Shown here piece after piece: positions 55,361-64,000 of a stretch of DNA of 64,000 bases. Under the pieces are notes generated by a model that was given only the letters and a program-made list of their open reading frames with translations, had not been told where the DNA came from and did no database searches. Position numbers and translations under genes: made by a program. Source of the stretch: Prevotella sp. (lineage in GTDB: Bacteria > Bacteroidota > Bacteroidia > Bacteroidales > Bacteroidaceae); contig JBMNUV010000006.1 in NCBI GenBank assembly GCA_050946455.1, positions 23,504-87,503 on the forward strand, given 5' to 3'. Numbering within the stretch: the first letter of the stretch is position 1; every line of letters begins with the position of its first letter.

Positions 55361-56383
55361 ATGGGATTATTTTCTTTCATTCAAGAAATAGCAATGGACC
55401 TTGGCACAGCCAACACCATCATTATCAGCGATGACAAGATAGTCGTTGACGAGCCTTCGGTTGTGGCTCTCGACCGCCGTACCGACAAGATGATTGCCGT
55501 GGGCGAGAAAGCCAAGATGATGTATGAGAAAACGCACGACAACATCAAGACCATCCGTCCGCTGCGCGACGGAGTCATCGCCGACTTCACTGCGTGCGAG
55601 CAGATGATGCGCGGACTTATCAAGATGGTGCACACGGGAAGCCGCTTCTTCTCCCCGTCACTGCGTATGGTCATCGGTGTGCCGTCGGGCTCTACCGAGG
55701 TGGAACTGCGTGCTGTGCGCGACTCTGCCGAGCATGCCGACGGACGCGATGTCTATCTCATCTTTGAGCCTATGGCTGCGGCAATCGGCATTGGTATTGA
55801 CGTGGAGGCTCCCGAAGGCAATATGATTGTCGACATCGGCGGTGGCTCTACTGAGATAGCAGTCATCTCGCTGGGTGGTATCGTGAGCAACAACTCCATC
55901 CGAATTGCCGGTGACGACTTGACTGCCGATATACAAGAATACATGAGCCGCCAGCACAACGTGAAGGTTTCGGAGCGTATGGCTGAGCGCATCAAGATTC
56001 ATGTTGGCTCCGCCCTCACCGACCTTGGCGACGAGGCTCCAGAGGACTACGTGGTACACGGTCCTAACCGTATCACCGCCCTGCCCATGGAAGTGCCCGT
56101 ATGCTATCAGGAGATTGCCCATTGTCTCGACAAGACGGTGGCTAAAATTGAAAACGCAGTGCTCTCAGCGTTGGAGAACACGCCGCCTGAGCTATATGCC
56201 GACATCGTGAAGAACGGCATCTACCTCACCGGTGGTGGCGCTCTGCTCCGTGGACTGGACAAGCGCCTACATGATAAAATCAATATTCCGTTCCATATTG
56301 CCGAAGACCCGCTCCACAGTGTGGCAAAGGGTGCTGGCGTGGCACTGAAAAACGTAGACCGCTTCTCCTTCCTGATGAGATAG
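55361..56383 (+). CDS. mreB: Rod shape-determining protein MreB
   Basis: DLGTANT, EPSVVA, RPLRDGVIADF, VDIGGGSTE, LTGGGALLRG. Confidence 0.97.
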   Translation: MGLFSFIQEIAMDLGTANTIIISDDKIVVDEPSVVALDRRTDKMIAVGEKAKMMYEKTHDNIKTIRPLRDGVIADFTACEQMMRGLIKMVHTGSRFFSPSLRMVIGVPSGSTEVELRAVRDSAEHADGRDVYLIFEPMAAAIGIGIDVEAPEGNMIVDIGGGSTEIAVISLGGIVSNNSIRIAGDDLTADIQEYMSRQHNVKVSERMAERIKIHVGSALTDLGDEAPEDYVVHGPNRITALPMEVPVCYQEIAHCLDKTVAKIENAVLSALENTPPELYADIVKNGIYLTGGGALLRGLDKRLHDKINIPFHIAEDPLHSVAKGAGVALKNVDRFSFLMR

Positions 56384-56397
56384 AGTGACCGTGTTAT

Positions 56398-57267
56398 ATG
56401 AGAAATCTCTTAGAATTTCTTGCCAAATATAACCACTGGTTTCTTTTCGTCTTTCTGGAGGTTGTCAGCTTTGTCCTGCTGTTCCAATACAACAGTTATC
56501 AGGGCAGCGTATGGTTCTCTTCAGCCAATGCAGTGGCGGGAAAAGTCTACGATTGGGATGCCAAAGTGGAAACTTTCTTCTCGCTCACCAAGGTGAACGA
56601 GCAACTCAATCAGCGCAACCTCTTTTTGGAGCAACAAGTGAGACTGCTACAGGACTCAATAGCCGCGCTCAGTGGTGACAGCACCGCCACTAAAGGCGGT
56701 CAGTTAGCACAACTGCAAGACTATAAGCTCATTCCCGCCAAGGTGGTTCACAACACGCTTGACCAAGCCGACAACTTCATCACCATCGACAAGGGTTACA
56801 CCGACGGTGTGCGCAAGGACATGGGTGTGGCATGCGGCATGGGTGTTGTGGGCATCGTGTATATGGTAGCCAGCCACTATTCGGTGGTCATCCCCGTTCT
56901 TAACACTCAATCGAGTATCAGTTGTATGATTCAAGACCGGGGCTATTTCGGCTATCTGCGCTGGTATGGCAACGACCCGTCGTGGGCTTTGCTTGAAGAT
57001 ATTCCGCGCCATGCGCATTTCCGACTCTACGAGAACGTGGTGACAAGTGGTTATTCATCTGTCTTCCCACCCGGAATCTTGGTGGGAAAGATTCAGCATG
57101 TATATAACTCACCCGACGGTCTCGCCTATCGGCTGATGGTGAGGCTGTCAACCGACTTTGGCAAGTTGCGCGATGTATGCGTCATTGACAACTCAGCTAT
57201 CAGTGAGCGCATCGAGATTTTACGCGCATCACAGGATTCACTCAAACTTCAACAGAACAATCAATAA
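56398..57267 (+). CDS. mreC: Rod shape-determining protein MreC
   Basis: N-terminal TM, coiled coil, ITIDKG..DGV, VVTSGYS.VFPPGI.VG. Confidence 0.93.
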   Translation: MRNLLEFLAKYNHWFLFVFLEVVSFVLLFQYNSYQGSVWFSSANAVAGKVYDWDAKVETFFSLTKVNEQLNQRNLFLEQQVRLLQDSIAALSGDSTATKGGQLAQLQDYKLIPAKVVHNTLDQADNFITIDKGYTDGVRKDMGVACGMGVVGIVYMVASHYSVVIPVLNTQSSISCMIQDRGYFGYLRWYGNDPSWALLEDIPRHAHFRLYENVVTSGYSSVFPPGILVGKIQHVYNSPDGLAYRLMVRLSTDFGKLRDVCVIDNSAISERIEILRASQDSLKLQQNNQ

Positions 57268-57279
57268 TAAAGGTATCGC

Positions 57280-57780
57280 ATGAACATAGATTTGCTCAAA
57301 GGCTTCGCTCTTTTTGTAATTCTGCTGCTGGTGCAAGTGGTCTTTCTCAACCACATCCACCTATTCGGCTTCGCTACACCTTTATTATATATGTATATGG
57401 CGATTATCTTTCGCCGCAATTATCCGCGTTGGGGCATTCTCCTATGGTCTTTCGCCATGGGACTTGCCGTGGATATCTTCTCCAACACGCCTGGAATGGC
57501 GGCTGCGTCGATGACATTGCTCGGTTTTATACAGCCCTACATCCTGTTACCCTTCACCAACCGCGACACACCCGAGGACTTTGAGCCGTCGCTGCGCCAG
57601 ATGGGACCAAGCAAGTTTCTGTTGTACGCTACCATCTGCGTATTCATCTATTGCCTCGTGTTCTTCACCATCGAAGATTTCAGCTTTTTCAATCCCCTGT
57701 ATTGGATAAGCAGCATCATCGGCAGTTCCCTGCTGACGCTCATCTTCGTCTTGGTGATTGAGAATTTCAGGAGCAAATAG
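57280..57780 (+). CDS. mreD: Rod shape-determining protein MreD
   Basis: Hydrophobic 166 aa between mreC and mrdA; GLAVDIFSNTPG. Confidence 0.88.
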   Translation: MNIDLLKGFALFVILLLVQVVFLNHIHLFGFATPLLYMYMAIIFRRNYPRWGILLWSFAMGLAVDIFSNTPGMAAASMTLLGFIQPYILLPFTNRDTPEDFEPSLRQMGPSKFLLYATICVFIYCLVFFTIEDFSFFNPLYWISSIIGSSLLTLIFVLVIENFRSK

Positions 57781-57784
57781 GCCT

Positions 57785-59635
57785 ATGAAAGATTTCAACT
57801 TGGAAAACCGGAGCCTCATTATTGGCGGTATCGCGGTCACAATCGTGTTCGTGTATATCGTCAGGCTCTTTGCGCTCCAGCTTGCCAGTGATGACTATAA
57901 GAAGAACGCCGACTCCAACGCCTTCCTCAAGAAGATAGAATTCCCCTCGCGAGGCACCATCTCCGACCGCAACGGTGAGCTGATGGTCTATAATCAACCC
58001 AGCTATGACATTATGGTAGTGATGAACGAGGAGAAAGGGCGCCTTGATACGACGGAGTTCTGCAACGCCATCGGCATTACCAAGGAATATTTCATCCATC
58101 GGATGGAAGAAATCAAAGACCGCAACAAGAACCCCGGCTACTCACGTTTTACTCAGCAGCTTTTCATGAGTCAGATGTCGGACCGCGAGTACAGCGTGTT
58201 TCGCGAGAAGATGTTCCGCTTTCCGGGATTCTACGTCCAAAAGCGCAGCATCCGCCAGTACCAATATCCGTATGCGGCACACGTTTTGGGTGATGTGGGT
58301 GAGGTGTCGGAGGCGGACATCGAAAAAGACAACTATTATCAGCCTGGCGACTATATCGGAAAACTCGGTGTTGAAAAATCCTATGAGAAAGACCTGCGTG
58401 GCGAGAAAGGAGTGCAGATTCTCCTTCGAGACGCGCACGGAAGAATTCAGGGACGATATCAGAACGGCAAATACGACCGAAAGCCTGTGCCGGGGCGTGA
58501 CCTTACGTTGGGCATCGACCTCAAATTGCAGGCACTCGGCGAGCGCATGATGGAGGGCAAGATTGGTGCCATCGTCGCCATTGAGCCATCCACGGGAGAA
58601 GTGCTCTGCATGGTTTCGTCGCCCAGCTACGACCCACGGATGATGGTGGGACGCCAACGCGGACGCAACCACCGCATCTTGTCCCACGATGGGTGGAAGC
58701 CTCTGCTCAACCGTGCCATCATGGGACAGTATCCGCCAGGCTCTACGTTCAAGACTACGCAGGCGCTGACCTATCTCTCCGAAGGAATCATCACGCCACA
58801 CACCATGTTCCCCTGCCACCACGGATTCTACTACCGCGGACTCCATGTGGGCTGTCACGGACACGCGTCGCCCTTGGCGTTGACCGAGGCGATTTCAACT
58901 TCGTGCAACGGTTACTTCTGCTGGGGACTCTATTATATGATGTCCAACAGACGCAAATACAAGAATGTGCAGCAAGCCATGAACACATGGCGCGACTACA
59001 TGGTGAGCATGGGCTTCGGCTATAAATTGGGAATCGACCTGCCGGGCGAGAAACGTGGACTCATCCCGAATGCAGAGTTCTACGACAATGCCTACAACGG
59101 CTCTTGGAACGGTCTGACCGTCATCTCCATTGCCATCGGACAGGGAGAGGTCAACCTCACGCCACTCCAGATAGCCAACCTCGGCGCTACCATCGCCAAC
59201 CGTGGCTACTATTATGTGCCTCACGTGGTAAAGGCTGTTAGCGGCCGCAGTCTCGATTCCACCTACACAAGGCGCCACTACACACGTGCCGAGCCTTGGG
59301 CTTACCGCTGGGTAGTAGATGGTATGCGCTCATCAGCCCTCAAGGGAACCTGCAAGGCACTGCGCAACCTACCGTTCGAAGCATGTGGAAAGACGGGTAC
59401 TGCCCAGAACCGTGGTCACGACCACTCTGTATTCATGGGTTTCGCCCCGATGAATGAGCCTAAAATCGCCATCGCCGTGTATGTGGAGAACGGTGGATTT
59501 GGAGCCGACTTCGCAGTGCCTATCGCCAAGGTGCTCTTTGAGCAATACATCACGGGGCACCTCTCCAAGTCAGCAGAATCAGATGCCGCCGCTTTGCAGC
59601 ACCGCAGAATCGGCTACGGAGATAGCAGCAGGTAA
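57785..59635 (+). CDS. mrdA: Penicillin-binding protein 2
   Basis: TM anchor, PSRG.I.DRNG, GKLGVEKSYE, YPPGSTFK, SCN, KTGT. Start ATG 57785. Confidence 0.94.
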   Translation: MKDFNLENRSLIIGGIAVTIVFVYIVRLFALQLASDDYKKNADSNAFLKKIEFPSRGTISDRNGELMVYNQPSYDIMVVMNEEKGRLDTTEFCNAIGITKEYFIHRMEEIKDRNKNPGYSRFTQQLFMSQMSDREYSVFREKMFRFPGFYVQKRSIRQYQYPYAAHVLGDVGEVSEADIEKDNYYQPGDYIGKLGVEKSYEKDLRGEKGVQILLRDAHGRIQGRYQNGKYDRKPVPGRDLTLGIDLKLQALGERMMEGKIGAIVAIEPSTGEVLCMVSSPSYDPRMMVGRQRGRNHRILSHDGWKPLLNRAIMGQYPPGSTFKTTQALTYLSEGIITPHTMFPCHHGFYYRGLHVGCHGHASPLALTEAISTSCNGYFCWGLYYMMSNRRKYKNVQQAMNTWRDYMVSMGFGYKLGIDLPGEKRGLIPNAEFYDNAYNGSWNGLTVISIAIGQGEVNLTPLQIANLGATIANRGYYYVPHVVKAVSGRSLDSTYTRRHYTRAEPWAYRWVVDGMRSSALKGTCKALRNLPFEACGKTGTAQNRGHDHSVFMGFAPMNEPKIAIAVYVENGGFGADFAVPIAKVLFEQYITGHLSKSAESDAAALQHRRIGYGDSSR

Positions 59636-59638
59636 CAA

Positions 59639-59700
59639 TAATGCACAATGCACAATTCATAATGCATAATTCACAATGCATAATGCATAATTGGCTGCGC
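59639..59700. repeat. Heptamer array (TAATGCA/CAATGCA)n ending in GGCTGCGC
   Basis: Directly after the mrdA stop. Confidence 0.8.
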
Positions 59701-59735
59701 TTTCCCATTTGGCAGCTCTCTGCATCAAGGGCAGA

Positions 59736-59877
59736 GAAGGAACATTTTCTCTTAGGCTGCTCCTGCACCACAGAGTTAGGTATGTTGCTGTATCACAGCA
59801 ACCGCGACGAAGGAACATTTTCTATTAGTGCTGTAAAAGCGCCATAGCGTTCGGTATGTTGCTGTATCACAGCAACC
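59736..59877. repeat. Diverged ~73-nt tandem duplication containing the hairpin GTTGCTGT-ATC-ACAGCAAC
   Basis: GAAGGAACATTTTCT at 59736 and 59809; GGTATGTTGCTGTATCACAGCAACC at 59779 and 59853. Confidence 0.75.
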
Positions 59878-59915
59878 ACTAGTGAAGAAAAATATATTTG
59901 CATCAAAAGAGTAAT

Positions 59916-61382
59916 ATGGCTAACGACAGACAAAGCAACAGCGTTTTAGGTTCACTTGACTGGTGGACCATCGCTATCTATCTCATGCTGCTCATCTTTG
60001 GATGGATTAGCGTGTGCGGTGCCAGCTATACTTATGGCGACACCGACATCTTCAGTCTGTCCTCTCGCTCAGGAATGCAAATTGTTTGGATTGGCACTTC
60101 CATCGTGTTGGGCTTCGTTATTCTGATGACCGATGACCGCGTGTTCGACACCTTCGCCTACGTAATCTATGCGGTGCTGCTCCTCCTGCTGTTCATCACC
60201 ATCTTCAATCCCCATGAAATCAAAGGCTCGCGCTCATGGCTTGTCTTGGGTCCTTTGCGACTACAGCCAGCCGAGTTTGCCAAGTTTGCCACTGCACTTG
60301 CTGTGGCGAAGTTCATGAGCACCTACGGCTTTGATATTCACAACAAGAAGCACTTCTTTATGGCTGCCGGAATCGTACTGCTGCCCATGGTCTTCATCAT
60401 TGCCCAGCACGAGACAGGCTCCGCCTTGGTTTACTTGTCTTTCTTCCTCATGTTCTACCGCGAGGGAATGCCCGGCAGCATTCTCTTCACAGCTGTTGCG
60501 ATGGTCATCTATTTCGTGGTGGGAATCAAGTATGAGCAGGTGATGCTATGGGACGGCTACACGTCAGTAGGCAAATTTGTTGTCCTGCTTTTGGTGCAGA
60601 TTTTCACTTCGGCAATGGTTTATGTCTATTGCGGTGACAAGAAGCGCACGTGGGTGATGTTGCTCTCTACCGTTGGAATCACTGCCATCGTGTTGCTTTT
60701 CTCTGTATATGTCATTCCCTTCGATATCACTCTCATTCAGCTTATCGTGAGTATCATTCTCATCCTATATCTGCTCTATGAGACGCTCTACTCACGGTTT
60801 GTCGGATATTTCTATATTGCCCTTTTCGCGATTGGCTCCATCGCCTTCTTCTATAGCGCCGACTACGTGCTCAACAACGTGTTGGAGCCTCATCAACGGG
60901 TGCGTATCAACGTGCTGTTGGGACTAGACGAAGACCTTGCAGGTGCCGGCTACAATGTTCACCAGAGTGAGATAGCCATCGGCTCGGGTGGCTTACGGGG
61001 CAAAGGCTTCCTCAACGGCACACAGACCAAATTGAAGTTCGTACCGGAGCAGGACACTGATTTCATTTTCTGCACGGTCGGTGAGGAGGAAGGATTCTTG
61101 GGTTCTGCCGGAGTTCTATTGCTCTTTCTCGCGTTGATACTCCGACTTATCAAGTTGGCGGAGCGACAACCGTTCCGCTTTGGTAGGGTTTATGGCTATT
61201 GCGTGCTGAGCATTTTCCTATTCCACGTCTTCATCAATGTGGGAATGGTGCTTGGGCTGACGCCGGTCATCGGCATTCCCCTACCCTTCTTCAGTTATGG
61301 AGGCTCCTCCCTATGGGGCTTCACGATTTTGCTCTTCATCTTTCTCCGCATTGATGCCGGCAGGAATCTGGTGAGGGAATGA
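59916..61382 (+). CDS. rodA: Rod shape-determining protein RodA (SEDS)
   Basis: GSRSWL, LQPAEFAK, GYNVHQSEIAIGSGG, PEQDTDFIF, GIPLPFFSYGGSS. Confidence 0.94.
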   Translation: MANDRQSNSVLGSLDWWTIAIYLMLLIFGWISVCGASYTYGDTDIFSLSSRSGMQIVWIGTSIVLGFVILMTDDRVFDTFAYVIYAVLLLLLFITIFNPHEIKGSRSWLVLGPLRLQPAEFAKFATALAVAKFMSTYGFDIHNKKHFFMAAGIVLLPMVFIIAQHETGSALVYLSFFLMFYREGMPGSILFTAVAMVIYFVVGIKYEQVMLWDGYTSVGKFVVLLLVQIFTSAMVYVYCGDKKRTWVMLLSTVGITAIVLLFSVYVIPFDITLIQLIVSIILILYLLYETLYSRFVGYFYIALFAIGSIAFFYSADYVLNNVLEPHQRVRINVLLGLDEDLAGAGYNVHQSEIAIGSGGLRGKGFLNGTQTKLKFVPEQDTDFIFCTVGEEEGFLGSAGVLLLFLALILRLIKLAERQPFRFGRVYGYCVLSIFLFHVFINVGMVLGLTPVIGIPLPFFSYGGSSLWGFTILLFIFLRIDAGRNLVRE

Positions 61383-61466
61383 ACTGCCTATTCGTAGTCG
61401 TTGTGAAATTCTTGGCTTAATAATAAAGTACAACTGGCATCTCTTTCTTGGGAGATGTCAGTTGAA

Positions 61467-63149
61467 TTAGTATTCCTTTACTTTCAAATCCTTGCGGTAT
61501 TTTGTGAGCAAGGATTTCAATTCCTTTGTCACTTTTTCGGTACCCGACTGACCATAGATATTGTTCACTTCGTCGGGGTCGGTTTGCAAATCATACAACT
61601 CCCAACTGTCTATATCGGGGTCACTGTCCTTCGTATAATCCAGACGGCGGAGCAGTTGCAGGATGCGATACTCAGCAGTCTTTGGGTCGGTCTGATATTG
61701 ATTCGTCTCAGCCCGGTGCCCACCCTTTCCATAGAAATGGATGAGCTTATAACGCTCGGTGCGAACTCCGTCATGGCGCCGTACCTGATGGAAAGCAGGA
61801 TAATCATAATAATGATAGTAAATGCTGGTGCGCCAGTCCTTGGGCGTAGTTCCGTTCCAAACCTCTGTCAGACTGCGGCCCGACATCTCTGAGGTCTTCT
61901 TACCGCCAGCAAGAGAGAGGAACGTAGGCGCATAGTCGATATTTTGCACCATTGCCTCACAGCGCTGTCCGGGCTTGATGTGCCCCTTCCATGCCATGAG
62001 AAGCGGTGTGCGCAGACTCTGCTCATACATGAAGCGCTTGTCAAACCAGTTGTGCTCACCCAAATAGAAGCCTTGGTCACTAGTGTAGATGACCACCGTG
62101 TTGCTGTCCAATCCATTTTCCTTCAGATAGTCCAACAATTCGCCTACGTTGTCGTCCACGCTGCGCACGCAAGCCAGATAGTCTCGGAGGTATGCCTGAT
62201 ACTTCCATTCCGACAGGGCACGACCCGACAGGTGGCGACTGAGGAACTCCTCACCGCGTGGAATGTAGTAGCGGTTCCACGCGGCATGCTGCTCAGGGGT
62301 CATCCGCTCCACACCGCTACGGTAGCACATCCATGAGAATTCTCGATTGTAGGCATCCTTGAACGAGTCTTTCAGTTGCTCTATCTTCAAGTCCTGAATA
62401 AGTTCCATGTCCTTGGAAATACTCATCCTCTGTGTGCGGGCTGCCGAACTGCGCGTAGCATAATCGTCCCAAAAGGTCTTGGGCAACGGGAAATTGACGT
62501 TGTCGTAGAGACCGAGGTATTTAAGATTGGGCATCTGGTTGCGATGGGGTGCCTTGAAATGAACCATGAGGAAGAAAGGCTTCGACTTATCGCGGTGGTC
62601 GAGGAAATCCTTGGCGTGACTAGCCACAAGGTCGGTACAGTAGCCCTGCTCCACTACATATTTTCCACCGGTGTCCGTGCCTTTGAACTCAGGATTGTAG
62701 TATTGACCTTGCCCATTGTAGATGTGATAATAATCAAAACCTTTCGGATTGCAGGGGATATGCCACTTGCCGATGACGGCTGTCTGATAGCCGCATTGCT
62801 GTAGAAGCTCTGACACGAAGGTCTTCATGGTGTCGATGCCCTCATTGAGCTGTTCCTGCCCATTCTGATGGCTATAGAGTCCCGTGATGGTGCAGGCGCG
62901 GCTGGGCGTGGAGAGAGAGTTCTCCACGAAGGCACGGTCAAACACGACTCCCGCATTGGCGATGCGGTCGATATTGGGCGTAGGAGCCAGTTTGGAAATC
63001 TCGCTGCCGTAGGCGCTGATTGCCTGATAGGCATGGTCATCGCTCATGATGTAGATGATGTTGGGGCGCGTTGCCTTCTGGTTCTGGGCAGAGGTCTGAT
63101 AGATAGGCAGCAGGGAGAGGACTCCCGCCGCAAAGATTGTATTGTCCAT
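61467..63149 (-). CDS. Ser-type sulfatase (S1 family)
   Basis: PNIIYIMSDDH, STPSRACTITG (SxPxR), GKWH, YTSDQG, NIDYAPT, ELYDL..DP.E. Confidence 0.9.
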   Translation of the reverse strand: MDNTIFAAGVLSLLPIYQTSAQNQKATRPNIIYIMSDDHAYQAISAYGSEISKLAPTPNIDRIANAGVVFDRAFVENSLSTPSRACTITGLYSHQNGQEQLNEGIDTMKTFVSELLQQCGYQTAVIGKWHIPCNPKGFDYYHIYNGQGQYYNPEFKGTDTGGKYVVEQGYCTDLVASHAKDFLDHRDKSKPFFLMVHFKAPHRNQMPNLKYLGLYDNVNFPLPKTFWDDYATRSSAARTQRMSISKDMELIQDLKIEQLKDSFKDAYNREFSWMCYRSGVERMTPEQHAAWNRYYIPRGEEFLSRHLSGRALSEWKYQAYLRDYLACVRSVDDNVGELLDYLKENGLDSNTVVIYTSDQGFYLGEHNWFDKRFMYEQSLRTPLLMAWKGHIKPGQRCEAMVQNIDYAPTFLSLAGGKKTSEMSGRSLTEVWNGTTPKDWRTSIYYHYYDYPAFHQVRRHDGVRTERYKLIHFYGKGGHRAETNQYQTDPKTAEYRILQLLRRLDYTKDSDPDIDSWELYDLQTDPDEVNNIYGQSGTEKVTKELKSLLTKYRKDLKVKEY

Positions 63150-63158
63150 GATGTGCTG

Positions 63159-64000
63159 TTATTTGTATTCCTTTTCGGGCAGCAGACAGGGTTGTACCGT
63201 CTCCGTCACGCCGCCCTTCTCGTTTACGCTGACAATGAGAGGCTTGGCATCGGCTGCGTTGCGGGCCACGAGCACACGGTAGGTTCCTGGCTCCACCTGC
63301 CAACAACTGCCTGCGTTGCTGAACGATGCCAGTTCGCTGTAGGGAATCGTGAGTGAGATATTCTCACTCTCACGAGGCTTCAACTCACGTGTTTTGGCAT
63401 ACGCCTTCAACTCACGGGCAGGCTTGTTCATGTCCTTTCCCGGTGCGCTCACATACACCTGAACCACTTCCTTGCCGCTGTACGTTCCGTTGTTGGTCAC
63501 CTGCACGTTCACGATGATGTCGCCCTGGGCATTGACCGTTACGGAGGGCTTGCCGTATTTGAAAGTGGTATAGCTCAGTCCGTAACCAAAGGGGAAACTG
63601 ACAGGTACATTACGGGTAGTATAGTAGCGATAGCCCACATACACACTGTCATTGTAAGTGATGTAGTCGAAGTTCTTTGTCTTTCCACTCTCCACGTTTT
63701 CGCCCTCAGTAAATCCGCTGAGGGTAGCCATCAGGTCGGCATCCGTATAGTCGTCGGGGCACACGAAGTCGTTACGAGAGGGCACGTCGTTGTAGCTCCG
63801 GGGCCACGTCATGGGCAGACGGCCCGATGGAGAGACCTTGCCTGTGAGGATGTCGGCGACGGCATTGCCGCCCTCCTGTCCGGGCAGCCATGCGGTGAGC
63901 ACTGCATCGGGACCGTCAATCCAAGAGTCGGTCTCAATGGGACCACACACATTGAGGATTGCCACGACCTTCTTGCCCTTGGAATGAAAAGCCTTGCAAA
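63159..64000 (-). CDS. C-terminal part of a GH3 beta-glucosidase (GH3_C + Fn3-like); runs off the right edge
   Basis: AWLPGQEGG.A.ADIL.G...PSGRLP.TW, VGYRYY, FPFGYGLSYTTF, GKEVVQVY, ELKAY.KT; frame open to the window end. Confidence 0.92.
   Translation of the reverse strand, partial: CKAFHSKGKKVVAILNVCGPIETDSWIDGPDAVLTAWLPGQEGGNAVADILTGKVSPSGRLPMTWPRSYNDVPSRNDFVCPDDYTDADLMATLSGFTEGENVESGKTKNFDYITYNDSVYVGYRYYTTRNVPVSFPFGYGLSYTTFKYGKPSVTVNAQGDIIVNVQVTNNGTYSGKEVVQVYVSAPGKDMNKPARELKAYAKTRELKPRESENISLTIPYSELASFSNAGSCWQVEPGTYRVLVARNAADAKPLIVSVNEKGGVTETVQPCLLPEKEYK

Noticed and set aside
59736-59890. Mini-CRISPR (45-nt repeat, 28-29-nt spacers)
   Set aside because: The two 'spacers' are homologous to each other, only about two units exist, and there are no cas genes; it is a diverged tandem duplication.
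1-64000. rRNA, tRNA or autonomous IS/transposase genes
   Set aside because: No cloverleaf, rRNA-like or DDE/HUH transposase signature was recognised in any intergenic gap or ORF.

Overview
A 64-kb chromosomal window from a Bacteroidota bacterium, most likely a gut or rumen Prevotellaceae (Prevotella-like). The evidence is SusC/D pairs, T9SS-type C-termini, TAnnTTTG promoters and a half-length PurH. It holds housekeeping genes (pyrH, birA, tadA-like, rsmI, umuDC, mreBCD-mrdA-rodA) and two SusC/SusD loci; the second SusC is broken by one missing base in a G5/C5 run. It also holds a secreted CBM26-bearing alpha-amylase, a C10 peptidase, a GH3/sulfatase fragment, and an accessory block at about 28.8-46 kb. 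That block combines an Xus-like iron-uptake set (TonB receptor, two DUF4374-like lipoproteins, PepSY-TM protein) with a secreted tannase, other exported hydrolases and exported flavoenzymes. Signals not in the ORF track: (i) a 56-aa YxxP-leader acidic peptide translationally coupled to the amylase; (ii) a REP/REPIN-like array between the iron-uptake genes whose repeated spacer carries a Fur-box-like 7-1-7 motif; (iii) at least four families of intergenic repeats, including modular 7-nt arrays that supply the stop codons of birA, the PepSY gene and MFS genes; (iv) helically phased CTACGA repeats at the susC promoter; (v) an aldo/keto-reductase relic. A transpeptidase-only MrdA paralogue coupled to a GH25 muramidase and a yellow/MRJP-flavodoxin fusion lacking its Fe-S cysteines are also notable. 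No rRNA, tRNA, CRISPR array, transposase or prophage was found. All family assignments come from motif recognition by eye; no database searches were run.
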